A stretch of DNA of 32,000 nucleotides from Methanobrevibacter olleyae (GCA_015063035.1 SUTG01000015.1:8389-40388), one strand, 5' to 3'. Positions 8,951-20,030 are shown, counted from the stretch's first letter. Numbers and translations: made by a program. Notes: generated by a model not told the origin, from the sequence alone.

Positions 8951-11455
8951 TCATTTAAGTTTCTTTTGATTGTCATCTTTTTTGAAATAGAGATACTTTC
9001 CTTCAACAACTTCCTTAATGTTCTTAGCTGTTTTCTTACCGATTCCCTCGACTTCCTGAAGTTTTTTCTCATCTGCTTCAAGGACGGCCTTAACAGTTCC
9101 AAAGTGTTCAAGCAATCTCTTTGCATGTACAGGTCCTATTCCAGGCAATGATTCTATTATGAAAAGTTGCTGTTCCCAAAGGTTTTGAGGTTTTCTTTCA
9201 GTCCTGATTTGGATGCTGCGTTTTTCACCTTTCTGTTCCCTGATTGCAATTCTTTTAATCATTGCAGCAGTATCTTCCTCTGTTCTTGTTGGGATGATGC
9301 TGATGCCATAGTCAAGTGCAATAGAGGTCATGGCACCTCTGATTGCATTAGGATTTATGAATCCTGAATAGAAATCATCTCCTTCAAGGATCATGATTGG
9401 CTTTTTAAACTCTTCCATCATCATTCTTGCCTGCTTGAACAGTCTCTTATCAACAATGGAATCTACAAAGTCTTTTGCAGTCTTTCTCTCTATTGCAACT
9501 TCCTCACTAACTTGATAATCTGCAACAGCCATTGTATTGACTTTAACCTTAACGCCAATTGTATCCAATGCCCTTATGACCTTGGAGTTTCCTTCTCTTG
9601 TATCAACATAAACAACCAGATCCTGATTTTGAGGATTTTTGGCAAGCTCTTCATAAATCGCATCTTCTAAAGCCTGTTGCTCTTTGGCTTCCTTATCTCT
9701 AAGCTCTTTCAGCTTGATTTCATTCTCATTTTCAAGATTGATCTCTTCAATATCCTCATCACTGACTTCCTCTTCCAATGAATCATCCATATCCGAAGTG
9801 ACAGGTTCCTCTATAATTGAGTTTTCCCTTTTGCCTAAAACCTTAACTTTACGTTCTGTTTCAATCTTTTCAGCAGCATTAAGCTTTAGCTCTTCAATAG
9901 CCTCCTGTGTTGCAAGCTGTGTCTTCATTCTGGACTCTCTTCTAACGCTTGTCCAGTAATAACCTTCATCTATTGTCTTCTTGGTTATCAAGACCTTCAT
10001 CCTACCTGATGATTTACGGCCAGTTCTCCCTCTTCTTTGTATCATACGGATTTCAGATGGAACAGGTTCATATAAAATAACCAAATCAACTGCAGGGATA
10101 TCTATACCTTCTTCTGCAACGCTTGTTGAAATCAAAACATCGTAATTTCCAGTCTTAAAGGATTTGATGATGTTTTTCTGCTCTTTTTGAGTTAATCCTT
10201 TCTTGCCGTCACTGGTTCCTTGACCATAGAACCTGACGCTTTTGATTCCTTCCTTCTCACATCTTTCATGAATCATGTCTAAAGTGTCTCGAAACTGTGT
10301 AAACACGATGATTTTAGGACTGTCATTATCCTCACCATCATCTCTGAGTGATTTCAATCTTGTCTGGCCATCCATACCAAGCTCTAGCTTAAGGAGTTCT
10401 ATGAGCTTTTTCATCTTTGGATGCTCAAGGCCATACTCCTCTGCCTCTTTTGCAAGATAAACCGCTTTTGAAAAGTTTGGATCAAGCAGGATATTCTTAG
10501 CGGCTCTTGTAGTTTTCTTTCTGAGTCTTCCCACATAATCGTTGAATGGAGCAACTCCCTGACTTTCCAAAAGCCCTAATGCATGCTGCAAGTTAATCAC
10601 TGCAGAAAGAATGGATATTGCCTGGAAACATTCCTTAGGAGGATTTACGGATTGGCCTATTTTCCTTTGAACCCTAGACCTTGCCTTCAGTATATCCCTT
10701 TTGTTTACAGCCACTGTGTTGATGATTCCTAAATCCTTCAAGCCCTTGAGACGAACCTTTAGTGCCTTATTCACCAAATCTCTGATTTTTTCGAGTCTTG
10801 GACCCATTTCAACCTTTATCCAGTCAATGTTGATTGGATTGAAGTATGGCTTTACGTCAGGGTCCTCTTCAGTCTTGATGGTGATATCCTGAATGAAAAG
10901 GTTTTCGCAAACTTCCTTGATCTTGCTCTTGTCATGTCCTGGAGAAGCGGTAAGTCCTAAAATGAGATGGTTTTGACATTCCTTGACATATCTTGATGCA
11001 AGGTAAACATAGGAATAGGAACCTACTGCATGGTGACATTCATCAAAAACAACAAGGGAAACGTCATCCAAACTGTATCTTTCATTCAATAGGTCTGATT
11101 CAACGGTTTGAGGTGTTGCACAAATGACCTGTGACTCTCTCCATCGCTTTTCCCGTTCATCTGTCTTTACAGCCCCAGTGATTGAGGTGCAAGGAACATT
11201 TAGGAAGTGCTTGAAGTTTTCTTCATGCTGTATGGTTAATGGTTTACTTGGAGCTAAAATAAGAATTTTTGATCCTTTTAATTTTTGAAGCCTATCTGCA
11301 GCCACGAGTATTGCAATGATTGTCTTACCTAAAGCTGTTGGAGCTACAATCATTGTATTTCCCTTCTTCAATACATCTGCTGCCAATACCTGTTGATAAA
11401 TCCTAGCTTCTGCTGAATTCGGCCTAATTAAAGGATGTTCGATATAAGTAACCAT
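8951..11455 (-). CDS. hef: Hef-type helicase/nuclease (SF2 helicase plus ERCC4/XPF nuclease plus HhH)
   Basis: 834 aa: PTALGKTI Walker A, DECHHAVG Walker B, QRRGRTGR motif VI, VYVDTREGNSKVIRAL and ERKTAKDFVDSIVDKRLF nuclease motifs, and C-terminal HhH (LPGIGPVHAKRLLEHFG, VEGIGKKTAKNI). Confidence 0.93.
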   Translation of the reverse strand: MVTYIEHPLIRPNSAEARIYQQVLAADVLKKGNTMIVAPTALGKTIIAILVAADRLQKLKGSKILILAPSKPLTIQHEENFKHFLNVPCTSITGAVKTDEREKRWRESQVICATPQTVESDLLNERYSLDDVSLVVFDECHHAVGSYSYVYLASRYVKECQNHLILGLTASPGHDKSKIKEVCENLFIQDITIKTEEDPDVKPYFNPINIDWIKVEMGPRLEKIRDLVNKALKVRLKGLKDLGIINTVAVNKRDILKARSRVQRKIGQSVNPPKECFQAISILSAVINLQHALGLLESQGVAPFNDYVGRLRKKTTRAAKNILLDPNFSKAVYLAKEAEEYGLEHPKMKKLIELLKLELGMDGQTRLKSLRDDGEDNDSPKIIVFTQFRDTLDMIHERCEKEGIKSVRFYGQGTSDGKKGLTQKEQKNIIKSFKTGNYDVLISTSVAEEGIDIPAVDLVILYEPVPSEIRMIQRRGRTGRKSSGRMKVLITKKTIDEGYYWTSVRRESRMKTQLATQEAIEELKLNAAEKIETERKVKVLGKRENSIIEEPVTSDMDDSLEEEVSDEDIEEINLENENEIKLKELRDKEAKEQQALEDAIYEELAKNPQNQDLVVYVDTREGNSKVIRALDTIGVKVKVNTMAVADYQVSEEVAIERKTAKDFVDSIVDKRLFKQARMMMEEFKKPIMILEGDDFYSGFINPNAIRGAMTSIALDYGISIIPTRTEEDTAAMIKRIAIREQKGEKRSIQIRTERKPQNLWEQQLFIIESLPGIGPVHAKRLLEHFGTVKAVLEADEKKLQEVEGIGKKTAKNIKEVVEGKYLYFKKDDNQKKLK

Positions 11456-11560
11456 GAAATAATATATGTATTTAGATATTATTTAAATATTTATAGAGAG
11501 CAGTTGAAAATTAATCAAAAGGACATAATCTTGATTTAAAATAAAAATAAAATAAAGATA

Positions 11561-11677
11561 AATAAAATATAAAGATAAAATAAAGATAAAGTAAAAATAA
11601 ATAAAATATAAAGATAAAATAAAGATAAAGTAAAAATAAATAAAATATAAAGATAAAATAAAGATAAAGTAAAAAAA
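11561..11677. repeat. Intergenic tandem repeat, period 39 bp, about 3 copies
   Basis: aataaaatataaagataaaataaagataaagtaaaaata-type unit starts at 11561, 11600 and 11639. Confidence 0.9.
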
Positions 11678-11694
11678 GAATGGATTAAAAGCAT

Positions 11695-13341
11695 TTAATC
11701 CTTATCGCATAATTCACTAATAGCTGAATTGAATTTAAATGCAGCTTCACCAATAACTATAACAATGTTTGCATCAGTTTTTAAAGCTGCCTTGACACCT
11801 TCAACCACTTGCTCTTGGTTAGCTCCTAAAGTAAAATTAGAAGCTTGCTCAGGTGCATCTTCAGTGAAAACAAAGGTTTTCTCTAAAGTTTCATAATCAA
11901 AATCAGCATTTCCTTCTTTTGCAGATGCCAATAATTCATCTACAACAAGTCTTGAATCGTGAGAAGCTGGAACGATATATTTTACATTATCCAAGGCCTT
12001 TTCTAAAATCTCAATGTCTCCCTCATGGCCTGATTCAGAAGTAACTGTGATAACAATTGTTGTATCACCATATATTTTAGTGATTTCCTTTAATACGGTT
12101 TCAACACCTGCTGGATTATGAGCATAGTCAACCATAATGGTCTTATCTCCAACTTTACCCATTATTTCCATTCTTCCAGCAGTTCCCTTAAAGCTTAAAA
12201 GCCCTTTTTGAATCTCTTCATCAGAAAGATTCAGGAATCTTCTTGCTGCAATGATTGCTCCAACTGAATTGTAGACATTATGCAATCCATCAAGTGAAAT
12301 GGTGAAATCTGTTTCACCTTCAGGGGATTCAAGAGTGAATGTCCTGTCCTTTATGGAAATGTTTTTAGCCAAGTACATTGGCTTTTCATACTTGATGCCG
12401 CATTCGCATTCAAAGGTTCCGCAACCGGAAATAAGCTCGTTTATCTCAATGTCCCTGCCACACCAGCATGGCTTTGTTGATACTCTGCATGGCTCATCTT
12501 CAAGGCCAAAGCTGATTGCATCACCATTGAAGTCTATTTCCTTGAACAATCCTACAATTGTTGGATCATCACTATTGTAGATTAAGGTGCCATCATTCTC
12601 TTCAATGCCTTTTACAAGTTCTCCCTTGACTTTAGCATACTCTAAAAAGCTTCTTGTGATGAAGTCTGTTTCATCATTCTCATGGGGGTCCTGCAAGTGG
12701 TCAACTGTAATGTTTGTCAAGATTCCAAAATTGGCATGGGTCAAATCTATAATGGACTTTAATCCTCCGGGAGTGCCGTCAGTGCCTGTCTCTAAAATAG
12801 CTAAATCACCATTCAATCGGGTTTGAAGTGATGGGATGAATTCATTGTTGCCTTGCATGCCTTTCAAGTTATGCTCACATGGATTGATGCCTGCAGAATA
12901 TGCAATATGCTTCAAAAGAGTTGTTGTGGTGGTCTTTCCATTGGTTCCGCCAATGCACATTACAGGCTTTTCTGGTTTAAATAGCTTAAAAATGTCTCCA
13001 AGCTCAATGACCTTGATTCCTTTATTGGAAGCCAAGTTTAAAACCTTTGCATTCTTCGGCATGCTTGGAGGAGGAACTATGAAATCTATTTTCCTAAAGA
13101 ATTCTTCAGGATGGCCTCCAAAGAATATTTCTATGTCATAGCCTTCAAATGAAGAGTGGAATCTGCAATCCTCTTTAGATGAGATATCTGTTCCAATTAC
13201 AGAATAGCCCCTGTCCATAAGGATTCTTGCAACCAGGTTTCCTACAACCCCACAAACACCAATTACACCAAAGGTTTTATTTTCCAAATCCAATGAAGCC
13301 AATTCCTCATCAGACATGGAAGAGAGCTCTAAACTATTCAA
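11695..13341 (-). CDS. Mur ligase family protein, probable pseudomurein peptide ligase
   Basis: 548 aa: Rossmann-like N-terminus, CIGGTNGKTTTTTLLKHI ATP-binding, ILTNITVDHLQDP, GTAGRMEIMG and MVDYAHNPAGVE, with a Cys-rich insertion CWCG...CGTFECECG. Confidence 0.85.
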   Translation of the reverse strand: MNSLELSSMSDEELASLDLENKTFGVIGVCGVVGNLVARILMDRGYSVIGTDISSKEDCRFHSSFEGYDIEIFFGGHPEEFFRKIDFIVPPPSMPKNAKVLNLASNKGIKVIELGDIFKLFKPEKPVMCIGGTNGKTTTTTLLKHIAYSAGINPCEHNLKGMQGNNEFIPSLQTRLNGDLAILETGTDGTPGGLKSIIDLTHANFGILTNITVDHLQDPHENDETDFITRSFLEYAKVKGELVKGIEENDGTLIYNSDDPTIVGLFKEIDFNGDAISFGLEDEPCRVSTKPCWCGRDIEINELISGCGTFECECGIKYEKPMYLAKNISIKDRTFTLESPEGETDFTISLDGLHNVYNSVGAIIAARRFLNLSDEEIQKGLLSFKGTAGRMEIMGKVGDKTIMVDYAHNPAGVETVLKEITKIYGDTTIVITVTSESGHEGDIEILEKALDNVKYIVPASHDSRLVVDELLASAKEGNADFDYETLEKTFVFTEDAPEQASNFTLGANQEQVVEGVKAALKTDANIVIVIGEAAFKFNSAISELCDKD

Positions 13342-13453
13342 TTTAACACCTTCATGAAAAGATAAAAATTAATTAAAAAAAGAAAAAATATTATTACTCA
13401 ATAATGTGGAAAAAAATTTTGGTCAAGGTTTTAGCCGAAGGCTAAAAGCTTGG

Positions 13454-14950
13454 CTAGTCGTATTTTTTACAGCCTTCCTCTAAACCTGTCACTATCTTTT
13501 CCATGATTCCTTCAGGATCCTGCATGAGCTGTGGTCCTAAGTGAAGGATAGTGTCTCCAGGTTTAGAATATTTAATGGCCAGTTCTGCACCTTCTTCCAT
13601 GGTTCCTGCAATTACCTTAACTGCATCGGAGTCCACTGCAGCATCAAGCAATTCCTGTGCAGGTTCCAAGTCAACTCTTTGGTAAACCTCATTGAATCCA
13701 GTAGCTACCATTACATCAGCATACTTACCCATAAGCTTACCTGTTTCCTTCTTATCCCTGTAAGTGGAAGTGTCAAAGTTGTCAAGCAATAGGACAAGGC
13801 TTCTGTCACCTAAGAAGTCAAGTGCAGCAGTAATACCTTCAATTAAGTAGGAAGCGTCAATGTAAACTTCCCTGCCATTGTAGTCTCCAATGTATTCCAT
13901 ATGAACTGAAAGTCCTTTGAAGTTTGCAAGACCTTCCTTGATAGTTTCAACAGGCAATCCATAAGCCATAGCAATAGCTGTTGCAGCAACTGCATTCTCA
14001 TAGTAATAGCTCATCATATGGAATTCGGAAGTAAAGCTGCCTTTTTTAAGTTCTTTGGATTTGTTTCTGAATTTATAAGCGATATCAATAGCGCCTTTAG
14101 CGCTATCACCAATAAAATTACATACTTGGCCTTCACCAATAGCAATTTCCTCAAAGTTTGCTACCTTGTCAAAGTATTCGGATTTTTTGGATGGATCGTA
14201 TCCAGGCAAATCCTTAACCATTGCGTAAAAGATTGCGTCAGGTCTTGCTTCTTTTACAGTGTCTTTGCAATGAATGCTTGTAATGAAGTTTTCACTATTT
14301 TTAGCAATGAACATTTTTCTTTGGGTGTAACGTTCCATTGAACCTCCAAATTCAGACAAATGCTCCTCATAAATATTGAGCAATGCCCCTACCTTAAGCT
14401 GAAGTTCCGCCATTAATCCTGCGGTACCATGAGGAAGCTCCAAAACGGCAATGTCGGATTTTTCTGGGATTCCCTTAATGATTCCGTCAACAATGACTTC
14501 ACTAACAAGGTTTTGGGTCATGGATGAGCAGATCCAAACTTGATATCCTGCAGTTCTGAAGATTTCTGTTACCATATGGGTGGTACTGGTTTTACCTACA
14601 CTGCCAGTGATTCCAATTATGTCAATGTCAATGAAACTGTCTGCCAATCTTCCGAAATCATCGTTGGAAAAGACATTGAGATTGGCTTCTTTTATGATTT
14701 TGTAAGCTGGAGCATTTTCCGGTACAGTTGGAGATAAGTAAACTGTATCGATTCCATCAAGATTCGGTTCAAATACACCTAAATCTAATTCCACTCCTTC
14801 TTTTTCCATAAGTCTTAAAGTCTTTTGAACATCCATGTGGAAGTCTTCAATTTTCTTTGGATCGGTTATCTTTACCGTGTGGCCAGCATAGTTCAATAAT
14901 CTTGCAACAGGACGACCTGCATTTCCTGCTCCTACAACAATAACATTCAT
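13454..14950 (-). CDS. Mur ligase family protein, probable pseudomurein peptide ligase
   Basis: 498 aa: N-terminal VVGAGNAGRPVARLLNYAGHTVKITD, GITGSVGKTSTTHMVTEIF ATP-binding and Mur ligase C-domain (VYIDASYLIEGITAALDFL). It lies directly upstream of the other Mur ligase. Confidence 0.83.
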   Translation of the reverse strand: MNVIVVGAGNAGRPVARLLNYAGHTVKITDPKKIEDFHMDVQKTLRLMEKEGVELDLGVFEPNLDGIDTVYLSPTVPENAPAYKIIKEANLNVFSNDDFGRLADSFIDIDIIGITGSVGKTSTTHMVTEIFRTAGYQVWICSSMTQNLVSEVIVDGIIKGIPEKSDIAVLELPHGTAGLMAELQLKVGALLNIYEEHLSEFGGSMERYTQRKMFIAKNSENFITSIHCKDTVKEARPDAIFYAMVKDLPGYDPSKKSEYFDKVANFEEIAIGEGQVCNFIGDSAKGAIDIAYKFRNKSKELKKGSFTSEFHMMSYYYENAVAATAIAMAYGLPVETIKEGLANFKGLSVHMEYIGDYNGREVYIDASYLIEGITAALDFLGDRSLVLLLDNFDTSTYRDKKETGKLMGKYADVMVATGFNEVYQRVDLEPAQELLDAAVDSDAVKVIAGTMEEGAELAIKYSKPGDTILHLGPQLMQDPEGIMEKIVTGLEEGCKKYD

Positions 14951-15179
14951 TAAGTAACACTCCTTGAAGGTTTATGTAATTTTGTTAGAATTTTATAAGT
15001 ATTTATAAGAATTTTTATAGGAATTATAAGAATTATAAAAATTTTTATAATTTTTAAATTTAGAAATCCTTTACCAATAATAGGACATGGCAAATGATTC
15101 ATAAATTTATATGATATTATTTATTATTCTTATATAACTTAAAGTTTATTAAAATAAGTGTTAATTATTAAGAGATAAG

Positions 15180-15587
15180 CTATAAAACTAAATCAACATT
15201 ACTAATTCCCTTAAACCCATTATCTAAAGTTAATAATTTAAACCCATGAATATCTGATAAGTAAACTAATGAGGAATCAACAAAACTCAGATTATAGTTT
15301 TCATCATTGAATTGGGAAAATAATGAAAAGACATTATAATTAAAATTATGGGTTTGGAATTCCTTAATTATCGTGAAATTATCATTCATAAAATTAAAAG
15401 CCAAATTGACTAAATCCATGTCCTTGGTTTTCATTGCTAAAACCGTTAGAACCTCAGAAATAACAAGATTTGTGATAAAACAAGGATTATTCAATAGATC
15501 TTTGTTTTCAATTGCAAGAGCATGATTCAAATCATCCCTTCTAAACAATGCTATTAAAAATGATGAATCAACTAATATTCTACTCAT
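15180..15587 (-). CDS. PIN-domain ribonuclease, VapC-type toxin
   Basis: 135 aa with the PIN acidic residues in context: ILVDSSFLIALF, NLVISEVL, LSFVDSSLVYLS, LLTLDNGF. Overlaps the antitoxin ORF by ATGA. Confidence 0.85.
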   Translation of the reverse strand: MSRILVDSSFLIALFRRDDLNHALAIENKDLLNNPCFITNLVISEVLTVLAMKTKDMDLVNLAFNFMNDNFTIIKEFQTHNFNYNVFSLFSQFNDENYNLSFVDSSLVYLSDIHGFKLLTLDNGFKGISNVDLVL

Positions 15588-15832
15588 TCGTACAATCTCC
15601 TTTTTAATTCTACAGAACTGACTTCTTCACCATCCTCTATTATTCCAATAACATCATCTAAGGTAACTTTTTTTCTAAAATTAATTTGAGGTCTGCCATC
15701 ATCATCAATTCCCCACTCAATAATGGTGTCCTCATCAATATTGAACTGCTGTCTAAACTCTTTTGGGATAGCAGTTTGATAATTTTTATAAATTTTGGTA
15801 TTTGCAAGTATTTTCATGAAAATCATCTCCAA
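15584..15832 (-). CDS. AbrB/MazE-like (VapB-type) antitoxin
   Basis: 82 aa, KILANTKIYKNYQTAIPKEFRQQFNIDEDTIIEWGIDDDG is a SpoVT/AbrB fold signature. Translationally coupled to the PIN toxin. The start may be the ATG at 15817. Confidence 0.82.
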   Translation of the reverse strand: MEMIFMKILANTKIYKNYQTAIPKEFRQQFNIDEDTIIEWGIDDDGRPQINFRKKVTLDDVIGIIEDGEEVSSVELKRRLYE

Positions 15833-16082
15833 TATAATATAGGATTCTGTTATTTATAAATATGTCTGTTAAAAATTTTTTATCTGTTAAATTTTTTTAT
15901 CTGTTAGAATTTTTATATGTTAAGATAATGAAAATCTATAAAATTACTAAAAAAATGAGAATATGCCTTTACAAAAAATAGAAAAAAGAAGAAAAAATGA
16001 AAATATACCCTTACAAAAAATAAAAAAGAGGAAATAAAAAAAATTTATTTGAAATAAAAAAATAAAAATAGAAAAAGTAAAC

Positions 16083-17318
16083 CTATTCGAAATCTAATAG
16101 GTTTTCAATGTCATTGTAGATAACCTTTAGGCCACACATTGAAGGTACATAATTAGCTGCCTTTGCAGAGTTGACTCCAATGACTTCATAGCCCATTTGC
16201 TCTATTGGGGCAACTACCATACATGTATCACAGCAGATCTTACCTCCAGCCTTCTCAATGGCATCAAGGTATCCTAATCGTTTAGCGGCTTCCTTGATGT
16301 TGATTGAAGTACAAACCCAAAGCTCGTTTTTGATCTTCTTGCCTTTGACTATTTCTGCAACTTCCTTAACTTCCTCTAAGGAAGCATGCGGACAGCCTAA
16401 GCATACAAGGTCTGCATATCCTTCTGCTGTTGAGAGCTTTTCCCTTGTTTCTACAATATCATCTTTAGTGATTACAATCTTATCGTCAGCATTGCCAATG
16501 TCAGCAAACTTGTACTCTGGAGTGATGTCTTCAACATGGTATAAAGCCACTGCACCGGAAGATGCAAGCGCTGCACCAAGAGCCTTCAGATTGCCGTTTT
16601 CAACTTGATATGATTTGTTTTGCATTTTAAAGTAAGGAACTCCATCCTTAACCACTTGACCTACTGCATAACCTAAAGCACCGAAATCAGCCCTTTCAAG
16701 TTCACATTCAACATCAACAAGCAAATTGGCTGTTCTGTTTTCATCCAAATGGAATCCATATAAAGGAGTCTTACCTACAATAGCTGCAGCCAATGCTCCA
16801 GGACCTCCTTCACGATTTGTTCTTGCACCGATTACAGAATTCACATAAGCGACTGCAGAGGATTCAGACCATGAAACATGGTCACCGAATCTTGGGACGT
16901 TTCCAATCAAATAAGGAGTGCAGGTACATGTAGTGCTTATTCCAAGCGCTCCATAGGCATTGCAGATATCCACTTGCTTTTTAGCGAACTCTGGAGGAAA
17001 ACCGAAATCTTCCCAATTGTCAAGATCGGTTCCTGCAGGGTTAAGTGTTGCAGATATTGTTGCAATTCCACTTTTATCGCTTATTGTGCCATTTTCATTA
17101 TAAATGATTTCAGCGGTTCTCGCCAAGTCTTCAAGATATTCAAGACCTGCTTGGCCTATGGTCTTATAGGATACTCCAGACACTTGAGCAGACTTGATGT
17201 CTACGAATTTCTCTGCACCATAAATGTCTCCCAATGCAATTAAGATATCCATACTCTTTCTAATGGTTTCTCCATATTCACCACTAGCCATCTTCTCTTC
17301 TTCTTTAGTTAAAAACAT
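16083..17318 (-). CDS. Aconitase X catalytic domain protein, probable phosphomevalonate dehydratase large subunit
   Basis: 411 aa: [105 protein letters not shown]. Confidence 0.88.
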   Translation of the reverse strand: MFLTKEEEKMASGEYGETIRKSMDILIALGDIYGAEKFVDIKSAQVSGVSYKTIGQAGLEYLEDLARTAEIIYNENGTISDKSGIATISATLNPAGTDLDNWEDFGFPPEFAKKQVDICNAYGALGISTTCTCTPYLIGNVPRFGDHVSWSESSAVAYVNSVIGARTNREGGPGALAAAIVGKTPLYGFHLDENRTANLLVDVECELERADFGALGYAVGQVVKDGVPYFKMQNKSYQVENGNLKALGAALASSGAVALYHVEDITPEYKFADIGNADDKIVITKDDIVETREKLSTAEGYADLVCLGCPHASLEEVKEVAEIVKGKKIKNELWVCTSINIKEAAKRLGYLDAIEKAGGKICCDTCMVVAPIEQMGYEVIGVNSAKAANYVPSMCGLKVIYNDIENLLDFE

Positions 17319-17365
17319 GAAAACTCCCCTAATGAAATTTTGTAAAATTTGAATGTTCAGTTAAT

Positions 17366-18400
17366 CTAAATTACTTCAAAACCGATAAGCTTGATATGAT
17401 TGGAAATCAATTCAGGATTTTCATCAATAGGTTCAGACAATTTGGTAGTTATGTACTTCTTGTTGTCATCTGGGAAGACTGTTGCAATCTTCAAGTCATC
17501 ATTGTCCATGATTACGCTTGCCAAGAAGTTTGCACCGCTTGAAATTCCAATTCCCAATCCTAATTCCTGAGCAATCCTTTTAGACATGTTTATTGCATCA
17601 CAGTCATGAATCAGGACAATGTCATCAATCAGTTCCTCATCAACGATTCCAGGAATGAAGTCATCACCAATACCTTCAATCAAATGGCTTCCCTCATCCA
17701 TTCCCATCTTAAGAATGGACAATGTGCTTGGCTCCAATGCAAAGACTTTAGCATCAGGATTATGATCCTTAAATCTTTTGCCGATTCCCATAAGTGTTCC
17801 ACCGGTTCCAATACCTGAAACAAATGCATTCACGTCAGGAATTGCATCAACAATTTCCTTTCCGGTAGTCATGTATTGGGCTTCAACATTCAATTCATTG
17901 TCAAACTGAAGAGGCTTATAGGCACCTATTTCATCTGCAAACTCATCTACAAGTTCAAGAGCTTTTTTAAATCCTCCATCCTCCCTAGATACAAGATGGA
18001 TTTTCGCACCGTACATTTCAATAAGTTTCATCCTTTCAAGGGATACCCAATCAGGCATGAAAATATGTACTTCATGGCCAAAAAGCGCTCCAATTGCACT
18101 GAAAGCGATTCCAGTGTTTCCGCTTGTAACCTCAATGATAGGTTGACCATCCTTTAGGTTTCCTCTTTCCTTTTCCTTTTGGATAATGTATAATGCTATT
18201 CTGTCTTTAATGCTTCCAGAATAGTTGTAATATTCAACTTTAGAATAAATGCTTCCCTTTTTTCCTTCGTATTCATAATCAATTTTAATCATTGGGGTAT
18301 TGCCAACTAATTTATCAACATTCATAAGATTCCACCAATCAATAATAAAATAATATAAGCAATTATAATAATCATTTAGTAAATTAAAAATTTTTTGCAA
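17366..18400 (-). CDS. PLP-dependent cysteine synthase family protein
   Basis: NTPMIKID, YYNYSGSIKDRIALYII (PLP Lys), EVTSGNTGIAFSAIGAL and SGIGTGGTLMGIGKRFK. The likely start is ATG 18325 (MNVDKL) preceded by GGTGG. Confidence 0.88.
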   Translation of the reverse strand: MQKIFNLLNDYYNCLYYFIIDWWNLMNVDKLVGNTPMIKIDYEYEGKKGSIYSKVEYYNYSGSIKDRIALYIIQKEKERGNLKDGQPIIEVTSGNTGIAFSAIGALFGHEVHIFMPDWVSLERMKLIEMYGAKIHLVSREDGGFKKALELVDEFADEIGAYKPLQFDNELNVEAQYMTTGKEIVDAIPDVNAFVSGIGTGGTLMGIGKRFKDHNPDAKVFALEPSTLSILKMGMDEGSHLIEGIGDDFIPGIVDEELIDDIVLIHDCDAINMSKRIAQELGLGIGISSGANFLASVIMDNDDLKIATVFPDDNKKYITTKLSEPIDENPELISNHIKLIGFEVI

Positions 18401-18605
18401 TCTGCAAAATAATATAACATTATTATTTTTGTATTTTAATTATAAAATACTTTTTAAAAAAATAGGCTAAAAATTAGAATATCAATGAAAAATTAATAAA
18501 AGAATAGATTTAAAAAAAGTTAAAAATAGTGGAAATGGAATTAAAAATAAAAATCAATGTTAAATTTTAAAAAAATGATTAAAAAAATAATAGCTAAGAA
18601 TAATC

Positions 18606-20030
18606 TTAACTATTTAATTGAGCTTCAATAGCTTGGTCAACTAAATGTAAGAATTGATCCTTAGCTTCATATGGTATCATAGCGCCAGCTGCTATATCGT
18701 GTCCACCACCTTGTCCGCCAAAGTTAACTGCGACTTCGCTTAACGCTTTGCCTAAATTAACTCCACGTGCAACCATTGGTCGTGTTGCCCTGCCGGAAAC
18801 CTTAATGTCCTTATGAAGTCTTGACAATCCTAAAATAGGCTTATCGTCATTCAAGATTTTAGCAGACATTCCAACACCTGCAATTGTTCCCATAATGCTT
18901 TTGAGAACCTTATCCTCACTATAGAGATATTGAATGTAATTCAATTGTTGGGCGCCCTCGCGGCTGATCCAATCAAACCCTTTAGTAAGGTCGTTCCTAT
19001 AAGTCTTTTGAAGATTGAGAGCCTTATCTAAAGCTTCCTCTCTTTCACCAAGAACAATGCTAAGCGCCAATCCATACTCCTTGTTTTTACCACAAGCATC
19101 CAAGATTGCAGAATACTCCTCTAAATTACGTAAGACTGGATGTTCACGAGGAACACTGTAAACATCCCCAAATATTTGAGGATTTACCTTTACAAGTTCA
19201 TCTTTAACAACATCCTTTTCCTCATCTTCCAATTCAATGAACTTAATGCCATAGGAAACTCCCATTTTTTCAAGAAGTTCCTGTGAGTTCTCCAAACTAC
19301 CTGTTAAACCAGGAAGTGGAGGATTCAATGTATAAGCAATTGATTTGAATAAAGGCTCTTGTGCTTTAGAGACTATCTTTAAGTCTTCATGGATTTCCAA
19401 ATTGCCTGCTTCCAAACCATCCTTCAAAATTAATTGGTTTACACCAACAAATCTGTTCTGGCACTGCATGTCACCAAATGCACCAATAAGCGCCATATAG
19501 GCCAAATGCTTTTTGTCCATGTCTCTAACTGACAAATAGCTAGACCCTGCACCACTTATTTCACGACTTCCGTCAACGCCAAATAAATGAGGGTTGACAT
19601 GAACGAGATTGTCTTTAGGTTCATGGGCGCTTGGCTGGTGATGGTCTGCAACAATAACATCAGCCTTTAGGGAATTGAGTTGCTTGATACAGGCACTGCC
19701 CATATCTGAAAAAACATACAATTCATATTTTTCCTTTGCAACATCCCTAATCACATCAGCCTTAAGGCGAGGGACAATAGTAATGTGGAATTGTCCTCCC
19801 TCTTCCTTAATGGCATTAGCTATAATACCTGCTGATGACAATCCATCAGCATCATTATGAGAAATTAATCTAATAATGTTATCATTTGCAATATGCTTCT
19901 TTAGCATATCACTAGCTTCACATCCTCTACTTAATAGAGAATCAAATTTTTCATTGTCTCTATTTAACGAGAAGTGCTGCTTTTGTTGGATCGTATCTCC
20001 ATCCTTCTGGTAATTGACCATTCTTTGCAT
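18606..20030 (-). CDS. DHH-family phosphoesterase, archaeal RecJ-like exonuclease
   Basis: 474 aa: [62 protein letters not shown]. Adjacent to the S15 gene. Confidence 0.88.
   Translation of the reverse strand: MQRMVNYQKDGDTIQQKQHFSLNRDNEKFDSLLSRGCEASDMLKKHIANDNIIRLISHNDADGLSSAGIIANAIKEEGGQFHITIVPRLKADVIRDVAKEKYELYVFSDMGSACIKQLNSLKADVIVADHHQPSAHEPKDNLVHVNPHLFGVDGSREISGAGSSYLSVRDMDKKHLAYMALIGAFGDMQCQNRFVGVNQLILKDGLEAGNLEIHEDLKIVSKAQEPLFKSIAYTLNPPLPGLTGSLENSQELLEKMGVSYGIKFIELEDEEKDVVKDELVKVNPQIFGDVYSVPREHPVLRNLEEYSAILDACGKNKEYGLALSIVLGEREEALDKALNLQKTYRNDLTKGFDWISREGAQQLNYIQYLYSEDKVLKSIMGTIAGVGMSAKILNDDKPILGLSRLHKDIKVSGRATRPMVARGVNLGKALSEVAVNFGGQGGGHDIAAGAMIPYEAKDQFLHLVDQAIEAQLNS

Noticed and set aside
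12299-14737. Multiple plus-strand ORFs over the Mur ligase genes (12299-12580, 12836-13141, 13541-13792, 14018-14341 and others)
   Set aside because: All lie antisense to strongly supported Mur ligase genes and have no recognisable motifs.
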